The position numbers and the translations under genes were made by a program. From NCBI GenBank assembly GCA_964016885.1, contig OZ024740.1, positions 24,738,001 to 24,802,000 on the forward strand: a stretch of DNA of 64,000 bases. Reading direction: 5' to 3'. The DNA comes from Eledone cirrhosa (taxonomy: Eukaryota). Each line of letters starts with the position of its first letter. The first letter of the stretch is position 1. Below are positions 42,697 to 55,687 of this stretch, piece after piece. The notes under the pieces are model-generated. The model saw only the letters and a list, made by a program, of their open reading frames with translations, was not told the origin of the DNA and made no database searches.

Positions 42697-42910
42697 GAGC
42701 GGTGGATTGGCAGTATCGGTAGAGCGTCGAACAACATGATTTGCGACATCGAGTTACGGGCCTTTCCGTTCTGTGTTCAGATCCTACCGAGGTTAGCTTT
42801 ACCTTTCATCCTTACGGGGTCGATAAAATAAAGTACCAGTAACGAAGTGGGATCGATTTAATCGACTTTCTCCTCCCAAAGCTGTTAACCTTGCCCCTAC
42901 ATCAGAAACC
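42697..42910 (+). mobile_element. SINE family A, long-tail variant
   Basis: GGTGGATTGGCAGTATCGGTAGAGCGTCG...GTTCAGATCC...CCTTTCATCCTTACGGGGTCGATAAAATAAAGTACC...GATCGATTTAATCGAC...AGAAAC. Confidence 0.87.
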
Positions 42911-44191
42911 ATATTTACTGATGCTTAAGGAAAATGTGGTTGTTATTTTCTCCAGCTTGAGCGACCAGGGACGAAATACCTAGTTAACTTTCTGGAGAAC
43001 TTGATTACCTCACTAGCAAATTCGAGGGTGATTTAGTTCAAGTTACATATTTTCTTTTTCTTTATCACTTACCTATCTGTCTCTCTTTCTATCAGTCTGT
43101 TTCTCTCTCTTGTCTCCTCTTTCGCCTCTTCACTCCCTCTCCATCCAACCCGCCTTTTCGCTCCAGCGCTCTCTGCACCCATCTGTCTTTGCATCTTTAT
43201 TGGACGCAAGTAAAACGAGAGAAAGGTTCTCCTGCTTATAGTGTATTTTCATACACAACAGTTGTTTTAATTTTCTGTTTTATGAAGTTATTCAATTAGC
43301 ATAGTTTTAGTGAGTTGGATAAACAATGTCTTAGAGATTGATCTCTATGTTCTTCTGGTGACTCTCCTGACAATCTTCGTCACTATTTGTTCCAATGTAG
43401 GAACTTTCGGTCTGGGAGCGAGAACCTGTTGAAACCAATCTTTCAAACACTATCAAGATTGAAAGTTCAATATATGATTAAAGGTCTACCAAATATGAAC
43501 AAAACCTTTTGAGTACATGGAAGCTAGGAAAACATTCAACAGAAACTTGTGTCTTACAGCTTCCCTTCTTTACTATTTCCTTTTCTTTTCCTTCGCTTCG
43601 CCATAATCTGCCTCCAATTGCCCTCCTTCAATATTTGAAGGTTTTATTTCTAGTTTTCTTTTTCTGTTTTTTTTTCTTTTATAATTTAAAAACACTATTG
43701 TTACTTGTCTCCCTAGCTCTTTTTGATTACTAACTGCAAGAAGTACTCAATACTTCTCCTAGTCTGTCATGACTTATTAACTCTATACAGACGTTTAAAT
43801 TGATTAAATAAATAGATAAATAAAATAAGTTGTGGTATTTCTTTCGACATATCAATCTGTGTTCAAATGTCAGCAGGTCTAATTTAACTTTCATCTGTTT
43901 TGTACCGTTAAAGAAAATACCAGCAAAATACTGGTGTAAGCATACTCAATCACATCCTCTTTCCCGCCTTTTCCTTCTCACTTTCTTTCTCCACATCCTC
44001 TCTGTGACTTTCTTCGCATATTTATCAGTTTTGTACACTCATTGTCCTAATGTACCACTCGGTTTTTCTTGCACCACTTCGATCTCATTACCGCTTTCTC
44101 TCTCTCATATTTCCCTTTATCACTCTCACTCTCATTATGCATGCATGCATGTATGTATACATGCTTATATAATATGTATGTATATACGTGT

Positions 44192-44254
<63 letters not shown>

Positions 44255-44862
44255 TATATATATATATAAACACATACTTATGCCACTGAATTTTCTCCAA
44301 CACCCCCTTTCCCGTTGCTCATTTACCAAGTATTGCTGAATTCAATCATGCTTGAAATTCTCCTCCTTAAATCTGAAGTTACAGATACAGAAGGGACAGA
44401 ATAACCAATATATAAGTGTTTAATAATTGCCTTACGGTGATGCAACGGATTCCACATCATATACATATCTATTGCGCTACAGGGCAGCAAACCCAAGTAT
44501 CACAATGAGATATTCAACCGAACATTAACATAGAAATGTTCTAGATATACGTACAAAGCATATCTCAGACACATACACATCCTTACATGTATACCTACAC
44601 ACAAACGCACACACATAATTAAGACACACACACATTCTTACATGTATACCTACACACAAACGCACACGTCAAACAGGCACACACTCACATATACTTCACT
44701 ATAAATAAAATCCTAACGTACAACTAGACAGGCTGTGATACGCAGAAAGTGTGAAACAGAGAAGGTTTCTAATTAAAAACTGCAAATACATCTATATTAA
44801 ATTTATTTCACTTCTAGCATACGCTACTTTCGAAGATAAATATATTTGATTTACGTAATAAT

Positions 44863-45044
44863 TGTTTCTACTTTTTGGCACAAGGCCAGCAATTACCCAG
44901 TGCATTACTGGTACTTTATTTTATCGACCCCGTAAGGATGAAAGGCAAAGTTAACCTCCGCGGAATTTGAACTCAGATCGTAAAGGGGCGTAACTATGCT
45001 GGAAGGCATGGCATCCGACCATCTACCGATACGGCCAATCCACC
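44863..45044 (-). mobile_element. SINE family A with 14-bp TSD
   Basis: Full short-tail copy; ATTTA(C/A)GTAATAAT at 44849-44862 and 45045-45058. Confidence 0.88.
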
Positions 45045-45563
45045 ATTTAAGTAATAATGACAGAAACAGGTATGTACCATTGTAAGGTTAGACAATATTT
45101 AAAGTTTCGATGATAAAATTCGTCTGCATTGCTGTATTCTGATAAGGACAATAAAATGTCGTATAATGAGGAGACTAACTTCTTGGGTTCTCTAGGAGGA
45201 GTAATGGAAAGTGATTTGCAATTTTTTCACAGTAATATTTTCTAATAAAAACTTTACAGATATATCTACATAAAGTTTAGCTTAAATCTATATACATCAT
45301 GCACAACCCCTTCTCCCCCCCCCCCCCCACACACACATACACACATACACACATACGCGCAAACGCACACACACACACAAACAAACAAACACACACACAC
45401 ACACACAGATAAGTTTCTTTTATTTGCCAACACACGCAAACACACACACACATACATATACATGTATATATTTGTTAGAATTCTTTTCCTACTATATCAA
45501 GCGTAAAACTAATAATGTATTTCTTCACAAGATTCGTTTCATTTGTTATTTCTTTTTGTCTTT

Positions 45564-45667
<104 letters not shown>

Positions 45668-45707
45668 GATATATGGATAGATTGATAGATAGATAGAGAG
45701 ATAGATA

Positions 45708-46028
45708 TGTTTCTTTATTAGCCACAGGGGCACAGAAGAAGGGGACAAATACAAAGGGGGAAGTTTACATACAATAAAAACGTGTAAAATATTATCACAG
45801 ATGTAATTTAAAAATTAGTCGATTTTTTCCCAATAGGGGGAGACAGTTTTATATGGGTAACACATACCCCCGAAAAAAAATGTGCAGCCCTCATCTCCAG
45901 GAGTACGAAGATTTTGTACTCCTTTCCTCTCCTCCTCTTTTTCCTCAACCTACAGGCTGATATAGAGAGAAGGCCCATTCACTCGGGCCTTTCTCACCAC
46001 TTTCACCCACCTTTCATAAAACTTGCTG
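45708..46028 (-). mobile_element. Short 3' fragment of a Tx1-like LINE (sister subfamily), flanked by (GATA)n
   Basis: Encodes SKFYERWVKVVRKARVNGPSLYISL*, near-identical to the C-terminus of the long element. Related 3' UTR ends AATAAAGAAACA-(TATC)n. GATA tracts at 45676-45707 and 46029-46065. Confidence 0.88.
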
Positions 46029-46067
<39 letters not shown>

Positions 46068-46327
46068 TTTCTTTTTATTTGCCACCAGGGCATCAAAAAG
46101 TGGGACAAGTACCATGGGGGGAGTTTACATAACAAGGCGTCCTCAATAAGGAGGAGGCAATAACAAAATATAAAAATAAAATATAATATAACAAAATAAA
46201 ATTTATAACAAAATCCTCAATAGTGAGGAGGCGCCTTGGGGGTCGCCCCCCCCCGAAAAAAAGTGTGCATCCTTTCTCCTCAGGAGCACAGAGACGGGGT
46301 GCTCCCTTGGTCTTTCATCTTCCTCAC

Positions 46328-49300
46328 CTATAGTCTGATGTAGAGTGAAGGCCCATTCACACGGGCCATTCTCGCCACTTTCACCCATCTTTCATAAAAA
46401 CGGCTGGGGTGCAGCACCTCTCTCTCCATCCAGATCGTTCTTCCGAAATGATATCGGAAGAAACGGACCAGTTGTTGGCCAGAGAGAAAAGTGTCTGACC
46501 TCAGTCCTTTCAGACGCGTCCACCATACAACCTCTTTCGCCATGGCTATTACGCACAGAAACACCGCCTCTCCTTCGTTTTTGAAGAGGGGAGGCGGCTT
46601 GATCGTTACAATAGACTCGGTGGTCAACCGGATCGGTCCCACCCTTGACAGCAGTTGTTCGACATAGCCCCACAGATCGTCAATGCCCGAGCAGTGTACC
46701 AATGCGTGTGCAACGGTTTCCTCGTCGCACACGCATCTGGGACAGATTTTTTCGAGGGTTCCCATCCGGGCGCCCGTGTCTGTAGAGCTTTTCTCGAACG
46801 GACAGAGCCCTTCTGTAGCACTGCCAGGCCAGGGACCTCTGGAAGTTATCCATGGGTCCCGGGCTGAATGTCCTACCGAACAGGTTGGCCAGTTCGTCTT
46901 CCTCCATGCCTAGGGCTTCTCCGAGGGCGTCGTCGCACCTGCTAACCACCAGCCCTCTATAGAATGACGAGGTGGATTCTCCACTGACAGCCGGGTCCGC
47001 CTGCCAGAGAGCCGTGAGCGCGTGGGCACACCCGGTGTGCCAGGCGCCCAGTTTTCTCGATCTTTGCTTGACCCAGGATTGCAGCTCGGTGAGTGAGACG
47101 AGCCTGGGAAAGGCGCGCCTCACAAACGGGGCTCACACCAGTTGACCGATGAGGAATACCTGGAGGTGCCGCAGCCTTAATGCGTGTTTACGTATCATTA
47201 GCCACGGCATCCCCAGCCCTCCTTTCGAAGGGTGTTGACAGCAGATGGATGTCCTCACCATAGGAGCCCGCTTCTTCCAAAGGAATTGGAAGAGTGCGCG
47301 CTCCATTTTGGCGAGCGTTTCCCTTGGGCAAGGCACAACGGTCAGGCGGTAGTAGATGACGGACGCTATATAAGTGTTCGCCACCTCCGCCCGACCTTTC
47401 AGGGACAGTTTGCACTCGGCCCACTTCCGGGTCAGTGCAAACACCCTGTTCGTTACCTCACCCCAGTTCTTCTCCACCTGGAGGTCTGGTCCGAACCAGA
47501 CCCCGAACAACTTCACCGGGCCCTCTGTCCAGCGCCCGACGACGCCATCGGGAGGCATCGATCTGCCCCTCCACGTGCCGAGTTGCAGCCCGATCGACTT
47601 GTCCCGGTTCAGCTTAGCCCCTGTAAACCCTTCGTACTCCTCCAGTAAGGTGCCGATCGCCCCGATTTCCGAGGCCGTCGACACCATTACTGTCAAGTCG
47701 TCGGCGTAGGCCGACACCGCTTTCCGCAATCCCGGTTCCAACGAGATGCTCTGCAACAACTCCAACTTCCGCAGCAGTGGCTCTAGAGTCATTACATACA
47801 GAAGGGAGGAGAGAAATCACCCTTGTCGGATGAACTGCACGATTTCGAACGGCTCCGAGAGGTAGCCGTTCACCTTGACCCTAGAGCAGATGCGGCTGCT
47901 GTGCATGGCATTGATCCAGCCCCTGAAAACGGGTCCGAAGCCTTCCGCCGCTAGCACTGCATCCAGGTAACCATGGTCGACCCTTTGGTCCATTGATCAG
48001 GGCACCACCAAAGCCGGGTTCGTTCCCAACCCTCTCTATGATGTATCGCATGAGGTGGAGGTTGTCGTGGATGGACCTGGACGGGATAGCACATGTCTGC
48101 GCATCTCCCACCAGGTTGCCCACGGCAAGCGCCAACCTCTTTGCTAGCACCCTGGCCAAAATCTGTAACTCTGTATTTAGCAGAGTTATGGGCCTGAAAT
48201 TATTTATATCGTCCCCCTTGTTCTCGTCCTTCCTCACTAGCGTGATTACGCCCTTGGTCACAGCATAGGGAATTCTCCCGTTCTGTTGCCAGTTGCAGTA
48301 GACCGCCTCGAGGAGATCGGGGAACAAGTCCGGCATAGCTAGATATAGTTCGTATGGAAGACCATCGAGACCCGGGGATTTGCGTTTGCCGCATTGGCTC
48401 AGTGCGTCCTCTATCTCAGCGGCTGAAATCGGCTCCTCGCAGGACTTCGCCTCCCTGTCCGAGAGACGCGGCAGACCGTCGTCGAGGTATGGACCGAAGT
48501 CCACTTCCCCAACCGGCTCCCCGCCCCTTCCGAACAATCTGGCAAAGTGCTTTTGAAAAGCCTCGCACAACTTCTTAGGTTCAAGGATCACCAGTCCATC
48601 CTGGTCTCGCAAAGACCGGATAGTGGTTCTACTCCCTCTTTTGGCTTCTGTCACGCGAGCCCAGCTAACAGCTTTGGTCTCCTCGTTTCCCAGAGCACGT
48701 ATTTTGCTTCGGACGATGCAGCCTTCGTGTTTCGCGTCGAAGAACTTGCCCAGGGCCGTTCTCGACGCTAGCACTCTGGCCACGTCGCCGCTTCTAATTG
48801 CCTCTTCTACACTATCTACCAACTCCCTTTCCTTCCTATTTCTATTTGAGGCTAACTCCTTACTAAATTCTATAGAGACTACTCTAATCTCTCTTTTGAG
48901 AGATCCCCACCACCTGCTGTTGATGATGGCGCCCGTCAACCGCTCCTTAACTAAAGTGCTAATCCGGTCCCTGTAAGCCTTACTTGCCGGTAAGGACAAG
49001 TTGAGCTTCCAGTAACCGGGTCCCTGTCTATGCGTTCTGTCTAGGTTGACCATGCAGGTCACTAACTTGTGGTCTGAATAGCCAACCATGCGCATTTTTG
49101 GCCAACTTAAAAAGTCCTAATCCTTAATTCTAACTAAGAACCTATATAGGTATGACCTAGAAGATCCGCTACGATTTGCCCAAGTCCAGGTTGGCGCAGT
49201 CGGAAAATATAGTTGATATCTATCGGCCAGGTCAAATCGACCGATTAACCCTTTGAGGCTATTACACCCCTCTCTATTGGGACAGGCCCCTACTTAGTCC

Positions 49301-49749
49301 CAGCGTGCATCTAGGATACCATTCCAGTCCCCCACTAATAGCAAGGAGCTGGACGTCCCTGGAAATGTCTCCAGACGAAGGAAGAAGTCCGGCCGCATTG
49401 ACCCGAAAGGGCCGTAGGCGGCTACCAACCTAAACGCTCCGCCTTCACCACTGCCAAGGTCCAGAACCACTAGTCGACCCTCCGGGTCCAAATGTACCAT
49501 CTGTGTTGCGAGACCCAGATGTTTTTGCAGCAGAACGACAACCCCACTCCTACCTCCGGGCTGACAGAAAGATGCGTGCATCTCAAAGTCATCAAAGGTG
49601 GGGGCCAGCTGTCGAACGTTGCTGATCCGGGCCTCGCAAATAACCATCACATCTATACGTTGTGACCTGAGGTCATTTAGAAGCATTGCTTGCTTCCAAG
49701 TTGAGCCCAGGCCACGCGCATTTAAACAGCCTACTCTTAGCTTTGCCAT
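46328..49749 (-). pseudogene. Disrupted ORF2: AP endonuclease + reverse transcriptase + C-terminal zinc knuckle
   Basis: APE motifs LNARGL, GRLVVLD, AAYGP, VGDWN, SDH and WKLN. RT motifs KSPGLDGLPYE, FRPITLLN, YADD (~47698-47709), GAKLN and GGLG. C-terminal CPRC-x8-H-x4-C. Broken into at least five ORF pieces by stops and frameshifts (near 49294, 47990, 47820, 47130, 46765). Confidence 0.93.
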
Positions 49750-49773
49750 GTTGGTGGTGAAGAGAAAAGGCAC

Positions 49774-50397
49774 TTACCTCTCTGCGTCCCGGGTAACGGG
49801 CTGCACAATTTCCATGAGGGTGGGGGATGGGTTGTTGGGTGGGGTGGTGGTTTCTGGCGGTGTGGGGACGGTGGTGTTTGGTGGGGAAGGGGTGTCTGGT
49901 GGGGTGGGGATGACTTGGGTGGGGGTGCCTGTGGTGGGGAGGCATTTGTAGCGGACGCGGTTGATTGGTTTCACGCAGGAATTCCCCACGTCCTCTACAA
50001 ATGTTTCTTTTAGGGATCTATAAGTTCCTATAGGGTCCCTGATCAGTTTTAGGTTCATTTTTTTGTTGTTTTTGTTGGAGCTATCCAAAGTTTTCCCTTC
50101 GGTTTTGACCAAAGGCTTGTTTCTGATGGTCTCCATCAGTGTTCTATTTTCTTCGTTTATGTAAGTGTATGTGTACTTTTCCTGTGTTGTGTTTGTTTTT
50201 GTCAGTGGTTCCTGCATGTGTTTTCTCTTTGTTGTGGGTGTTTTGTTTTCGTGAGGGGGAACTTTTGTTTGTGATTCTTGTGCTGTTTGTGCTGGTGTTT
50301 GTTTGTTTGTTTCGTTTTTGTTCATGCGGTTCTTTCTTTTTATTCTTTTCACGGGTTGGAAGTGTTCCTCCTCATCGCCGCTGGGTGCCGTCGATAG
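49774..50397 (-). pseudogene. C-terminal remnant of LINE ORF1
   Basis: Open frame (K/T/N/P-rich) from the GATA junction to a TAA at 49774, 24 nt upstream of the ORF2 ATG. No recognisable domain; assigned by position. Confidence 0.6.
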
Positions 50398-50402
50398 GGG
50401 TT

Positions 50403-50418
50403 ATAGATAGATAGATAT

Positions 50419-50485
<67 letters not shown>
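50403..50485. repeat. (GATA)n microsatellite
   Basis: Run of about 20 units at the 5' junction of the LINE. Confidence 0.96.
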
Positions 50486-50487
<2 letters not shown>

Positions 50488-51159
50488 GATATCGGCAAAT
50501 CATCGCTGGGGTGTATAGATGTTTGTTTAGTTTTTGAAGTGGAGAAGCTGCAGATATTTCATGCAGTGAATGAAAAGAGAAAAATGAAAATGAAAGAAAA
50601 TGATAGAGATAGCGGCTGATGTGGAGTTGTTTTATAGACAATAGCCAATTAGACTTCAGGCCATATATATCGATCTATCAAATCCAGTAGTTCCTGTACT
50701 TTAAGTTTCCGCCGAAAATCATGTTCAGAATACTTTAATGGTGATATAGTTGGTACTGCTGGTGGTCTTGTAGAGTAAGAAACCAGTGATATGGTAAATC
50801 GTGCAGTCAGATGGCGAAAACTATATGTAAAATGCAGATTTACAGTTCGGATAGATTAGCAACATTTTACTCACGGCCCATTAAAGTCTTAGTATGATTT
50901 GGGGCTAAAACCAGCCGGTTTCCCGTTTGAAATATGTCATTTACTTCTTCGTTCATTTGCTGCAAATAATCTTGAAGATCTAAGTGCTATATTGTCCGAC
51001 TGAAAGCGCACATGCTTAAGTCGCCTTAAGCGCGCACTGAAGAATTATAAATCTATATACATATGTGTATGCACACATGCAAGCACACGCTCACACACAA
51101 TCGCACGCATAAACACGAGCACACACACGCATAGATCCCCGTACAGATGCATATTTAAG

Positions 51160-51353
51160 TATTATGTATGTATGTGTGTATATATGTGCGTGTGTGTTTA
51201 TGTATATATGTATGAATGCATGTATGTATATATGTATATATGTATATATGTATGTATGCACGAATGTATGTATGTATTCATAAATGTATGTATGTGTGTA
51301 TGCATGTGCGTATGTATGTATGTGTGCGTGTTTGTGTGCATGTATATATATAC

Positions 51354-51423
<70 letters not shown>

Positions 51424-51840
51424 GTATATATATATATATATGCGTACAGACATACATATGTATATCTGAGTTTCTACTGAAGAAACATATCGTATGTTCT
51501 TCAACGTGGAACATTGAAGCAGATATCTGCTATGTGGTATACAGTGGTACCTATGCGTGTATGTACCTATGTGTAAGTACGTATGTATGTTTGTATTATA
51601 GTATACAAGTATGTGTGTGTGCATGTATGTATGTATGTGTATGTATGTGTGTATGTAGGTAGGTAGGTATGTATCTTTCTATTCATCTATCTATCTATCT
51701 GCTTATCTATAAACTTACATACCAATACAAACATACTTACTTACCCACATACATACATATTTATTTACACACAAACACTCACACACTCACATACACACAC
51801 ACACATACACACACACAAACATACACACACGCACATGCAC
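51160..51840. repeat. Low-complexity (TA)/(TG)/(TATG)/(CA) tract
   Basis: Mixed dinucleotide and tetranucleotide runs. Confidence 0.88.
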
Positions 51841-51962
51841 ATGCGATTTGGTGAGGGCCAAATAATGTTAATGGGACCAAAAGAACTCTATGTTGGGTAG
51901 TGGTCCATTGTCTATTCTTCAGCGTCCCTATCCACTCCTCCCTCATCTATCACTACCAATTG

Positions 51963-51963
<1 letters not shown>

Positions 51964-51993
<30 letters not shown>

Positions 51994-52050
51994 CTTCTTC
52001 TTCTTCTTCTTCTTCTTCTTCTTCTTCTTCTTCTTCTTCTTCTTCTTCTT
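51964..52050. repeat. (CTT)n microsatellite
   Basis: Pure run. Confidence 0.97.
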
Positions 52051-52057
52051 TAAGAAA

Positions 52058-52107
52058 GCTTTCCTGATGATTTCTTACAAATGAAACAGTTCTAGACCTG
52101 TAGGAGC
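52058..52107 (+). ncRNA. Degenerate type I hammerhead-ribozyme-like motif
   Basis: GCTTTC-CTGATGA-tttcttacaaat-GAAA-CAG ttctagac CTG-TA-GGAGC. Core boxes are in the correct order, with a 3-bp stem III and a bulged stem I; stem II is weak. Confidence 0.35.
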
Positions 52108-52924
52108 CATTCCTATATAAAATGTGATCCTTAATCTCTACTAATGTACTGAGTACCCTACTTAGTGTAGTTTATGTTTAAGTATTGTGGCCTAATTGAA
52201 TATCTAAAGAACAGATGTGTAACTCATGTAGACACCTCAGTCGCCAGTGCAATATTAGAGAAAACACACCCTTCGGTCACGAATGCACATTGGATTTCCA
52301 CCTAGAAAGTTCCGAGGCACATGTCAGTGCAACATAAATCTTCTTTATGAACAATAATATGGATCATTAAGCATGTCTGAGAGGACGACTATTAAACGAA
52401 ACGTATAGACATTTGGGAAAATATCCATTTGAAGTTTAACCGAGATAAAATTTTATACAAATTTATTTATCTTATATAAGCGATTGAATATTTCTCGTAA
52501 ATCAACTGATCTATCATGCAGATTCTTATTTAAAGTCGTGGATATTTTCAGTAATCATATTAGGCTTTGGTTTCAAGATTTACAAAAATATCGTATTGAA
52601 TTTCATTTAAAGCTCTTGATATCAAGTCAAGTTTAAGTAATTTTACGTCATCTTGCTATTACTGTATATTCAATGGAAGTTTATTTTCAAAAGGTGAATA
52701 AATATGAGAAAGAAAAATGGAAACAAAATTAAATAATCAGTAATTAAGGAAACGGTAAGGAAGGGGAGATCTGGCTGTATGGGAAAGTAGAGGAAAGGAC
52801 TGTGAAAGCTATAAATGAGAGGAAAAGGAGTGGAAAAGCAAGGATTCTAGGTGCACAGAAGGACGGGAGGGGAAGAGGAGAGGTTTATAGGCTCTGGGTC
52901 TAGGGTAGGATGGTGTTGGGCTTG

Positions 52925-53050
52925 TGCCCCGCGGACAAGAACATAAAAGCATTACTGCGGACAATGGCCAGAAACACCCGCTGCAACAGCCACCCGACCT
53001 CGCGGGACTCCTTCCTCCGACAGGTTGCTGACGTTCCGATCTTGCAGAGC
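52925..53050 (-). mobile_element. CRE-like non-LTR retrotransposon, 3' fragment
   Basis: The - strand translates ESREVGWLLQRVFLAIVRSNAFMFLSAG. Confidence 0.7.
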
Positions 53051-53113
53051 AGATCAACAGTATTTCTGCTCTATTAGAGAGTAGCATATATTCAGTAAAA
53101 TTATACCATTATA

Positions 53114-54284
53114 GTGTCATTCCATCTCAAATCACTCAGAGGGTCCAGAGGTCAGCCCCTGAGATCCTCCTGAAAAATTCATACTAGCTCCTGTACCTAT
53201 ATGATGGAAAAATATCAAGTATTAGGTCAATATCTTTGATAGTTTTGAAATTGTAGGCCTTTAAAATAATAATTAATTATACATTTTTTTTCCGAACGAG
53301 CCTGTCTAACTAACTTGAGATAGCATTTTCTCCTCTAATATGGCAAGCACAACTTTGAAATCATGTTTGGGGCTAACTTTTTATGCATTCAAAGCCGCAG
53401 ATTGCGCTGTGTAAGCTTACAGAATGATTCACACATGATATCAATGAAATCTGCTACAGTAGCTTCAAGTGATACAAGTGTTGTTCTATCATTGTTTATA
53501 TTTAATCATATCACCTTCATGAAACTCTTGCCTATCTAACTATTGAGGTACTCTTGTAATGCCTCTTTCCCAGTTGATCCTGTACAAAGCGCTGGCAACT
53601 GAATTTCTAAAAATTCACACCTCTGAAAAGAATCACCGCAACAAAACTAAATTTCTGTCACATCATCTTCAGAAGTATGAGAATGCATGGTAACAAATTT
53701 GAAAACGATAGTAAACTGCCCACATGGTCAACTAAGGGCTTCAAATGTGCATTTATTTGAAATCGAACATATTTCAAAAACTTATTTAGACACTCCCATA
53801 TTAGTAACTAACATGGTTACTGCTCAGAAATGGTCTACTATATGCTAAGTAACAGGAAAACAATTATGGTTGCTTTATCTTGTGTACATATTGAGATAGA
53901 AATACCTAAGTGAGGCATACATTTAATGTATGTTTAATTCTTGGCAATTTTCAGAGGCCTGTAGATGGTAAAATATACAAGATACACTTGATTTAATAAG
54001 ATATTTGAACTCTACAAGAAAAGTTAGCCCGAAACACATGATTTCAAAGATTTGCTTACCTTATTAGAGGCGAAATGGCTGTCTCAAGTTGGTCCGAGGG
54101 GCTCGTTCAGAAAAAAATATTTAATTAATTAATATTTCAGGCCTACAGTTTCAAAACTATGAAAGATATTGGCCTCATACTTGATATTTTTCCATCAAAT
54201 AGGTACAGGAGCTAGTATGACTTTTTCAAGGGGATCTAAGGGGATGAGCTGGGACCCTCTGGGTGATTTGAGATGGAACGACCT
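53114..54284. mobile_element. Non-autonomous DNA transposon with ~280-bp terminal inverted repeats (TIRs)
   Basis: 53114-53393 (GTGTCATTCCATCTCAAATCAC...CATACTAGCTCCTGTACCTA...) is a diverged reverse complement of 54004-54284. No long ORF inside; flanked by TATA/GATA. Confidence 0.88.
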
Positions 54285-54709
54285 GATAATTCAATCATGA
54301 AAAGATGTCTTAAAACTTCATCTTAACATGGAAAATTAAGAGGCATGTCATGTGACAACACGAAGCAGCCTTCACCTTTGGTAGATATATATGTATATTT
54401 GTCGGCGTTTCAGTTTATAATTGTGCACTCTGCAGTGCTTTCCACATCACACACTACTGTACATGACACACAGCAACATGCACCCGATAGCATTCTACAG
54501 CACACTCCAAAGTACACGTGACAATGCATTGTACAAAACATGCAGCATCCGCCCCTACATTAACGTGTTCACCACTCACCGCTCCACACCAAACCAAACA
54601 AGCTTCCTACGTCATACAACATATCGCACACCAGACCACGCCTTATCATAACTACAACCATAGCTACAAATACTACTTTTACTACTGTTATGTACATCTA
54701 TATATACAC

Positions 54710-55054
54710 ATACACACACATATATATATAATATATGTGTATATGGTAATAGTGGTAGTGGTGATGGCATATATATATGTGTGTGTGTATATATATACAC
54801 ACATAATATATATAAATATATAAATATATATAAATAAATATAATATAAATATAATATAAATATATAAATAAATAAATATAATATAAATATATAAATATAT
54901 ATATAAATAAATATATATATAAATATATATATATAAATATATATATAAATATATATATATAAATATATATATATATAATATATATAAAAAGAGGAAGAGA
55001 GAGAGAGGGAGAGAGATAGTAAGGGAGAGAGAGAGATAGAGAGAGGGAGAGAGG

Positions 55055-55115
<61 letters not shown>
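54710..55115. repeat. AT-rich (TA/TAAA) tract followed by (GA)n
   Basis: Simple repeats. Confidence 0.93.
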
Positions 55116-55119
<4 letters not shown>

Positions 55120-55410
55120 AAAAGTAGAGAATAAAAAAAAAGATGTAAAGGAAACAAGAAATAAAGACTTAGGTGTTAATTGGTGCAGTGTGATGTGAAT
55201 TCATAAATGCAATAGTCAAAAGATTTTATACGTATATAATTATGTAAAACTGCAAACATTACGTAATTTCCGGTATACATATATATACATCTTATAGACA
55301 TAATCATATATATACATATATCCATGCTTACATTGTTACATACAAAAACACCTTCATGCACATGTACCCAGGCATACATATATATAGGAGGGTCGGCTGA
55401 ATGGTTCATT

Positions 55411-55687
55411 GGTTGACCAAGATACTCTCATGGAATGACCAAATGAGGTATATCTTTCGAAAGAGTCGTTAGAAAGAAACCATGTAGTTATTAAGAAGAG
55501 TTGAAAGTAATGCATGTAAGATTTCACAGCTCTAGCATAACTCCTTTATAGGCTGACCAAAATGCTCTCATGGAATGACCAAATGAGGTATATATTTCGA
55601 AAGAGTCGTTAGAAAGAAACAATGTAGTTATTAAGAAGAGTTGAAATTAATGCATGTAAGATTTCACAGCCATAGCATCATTCCTTC
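55411..55687. repeat. Tandem duplication, 140-bp period, 2 copies
   Basis: GG(T/C)TGACCAA..CTCTCATGGAATGACCAAATGAGGTATAT...GATTTCACAGC at 55411 and 55551. The preceding TAGGAGGGTCGGCTGAA resembles a mariner-type TIR (uncertain). Confidence 0.9.

Larger units (their letters stand above)
46066..50402 (-). mobile_element. L1/Tx1-clade non-LTR retrotransposon, 5'-truncated within ORF1, between two (GATA)n tracts
   Basis: ORF1 remnant, ORF2 (APE-RT-CCHC) and a 3' UTR ending AATAAAAAGAAAAT-(TATC)n. GC-richer than the flanks; bounded by GATA runs 46029-46065 and 50403-50485. Confidence 0.92.

Noticed and set aside
48350-48366. GTATGGAAGACCA shared between the LINE RT and the satellite
   Set aside because: Only ~13 bp, and it coincides with the conserved DGLPYE codons; compatible with chance.
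47188-49951. Plus-strand and alternative-frame ORFs overlapping the LINE
   Set aside because: Antisense or off-frame shadows of the GC-rich ORF2.
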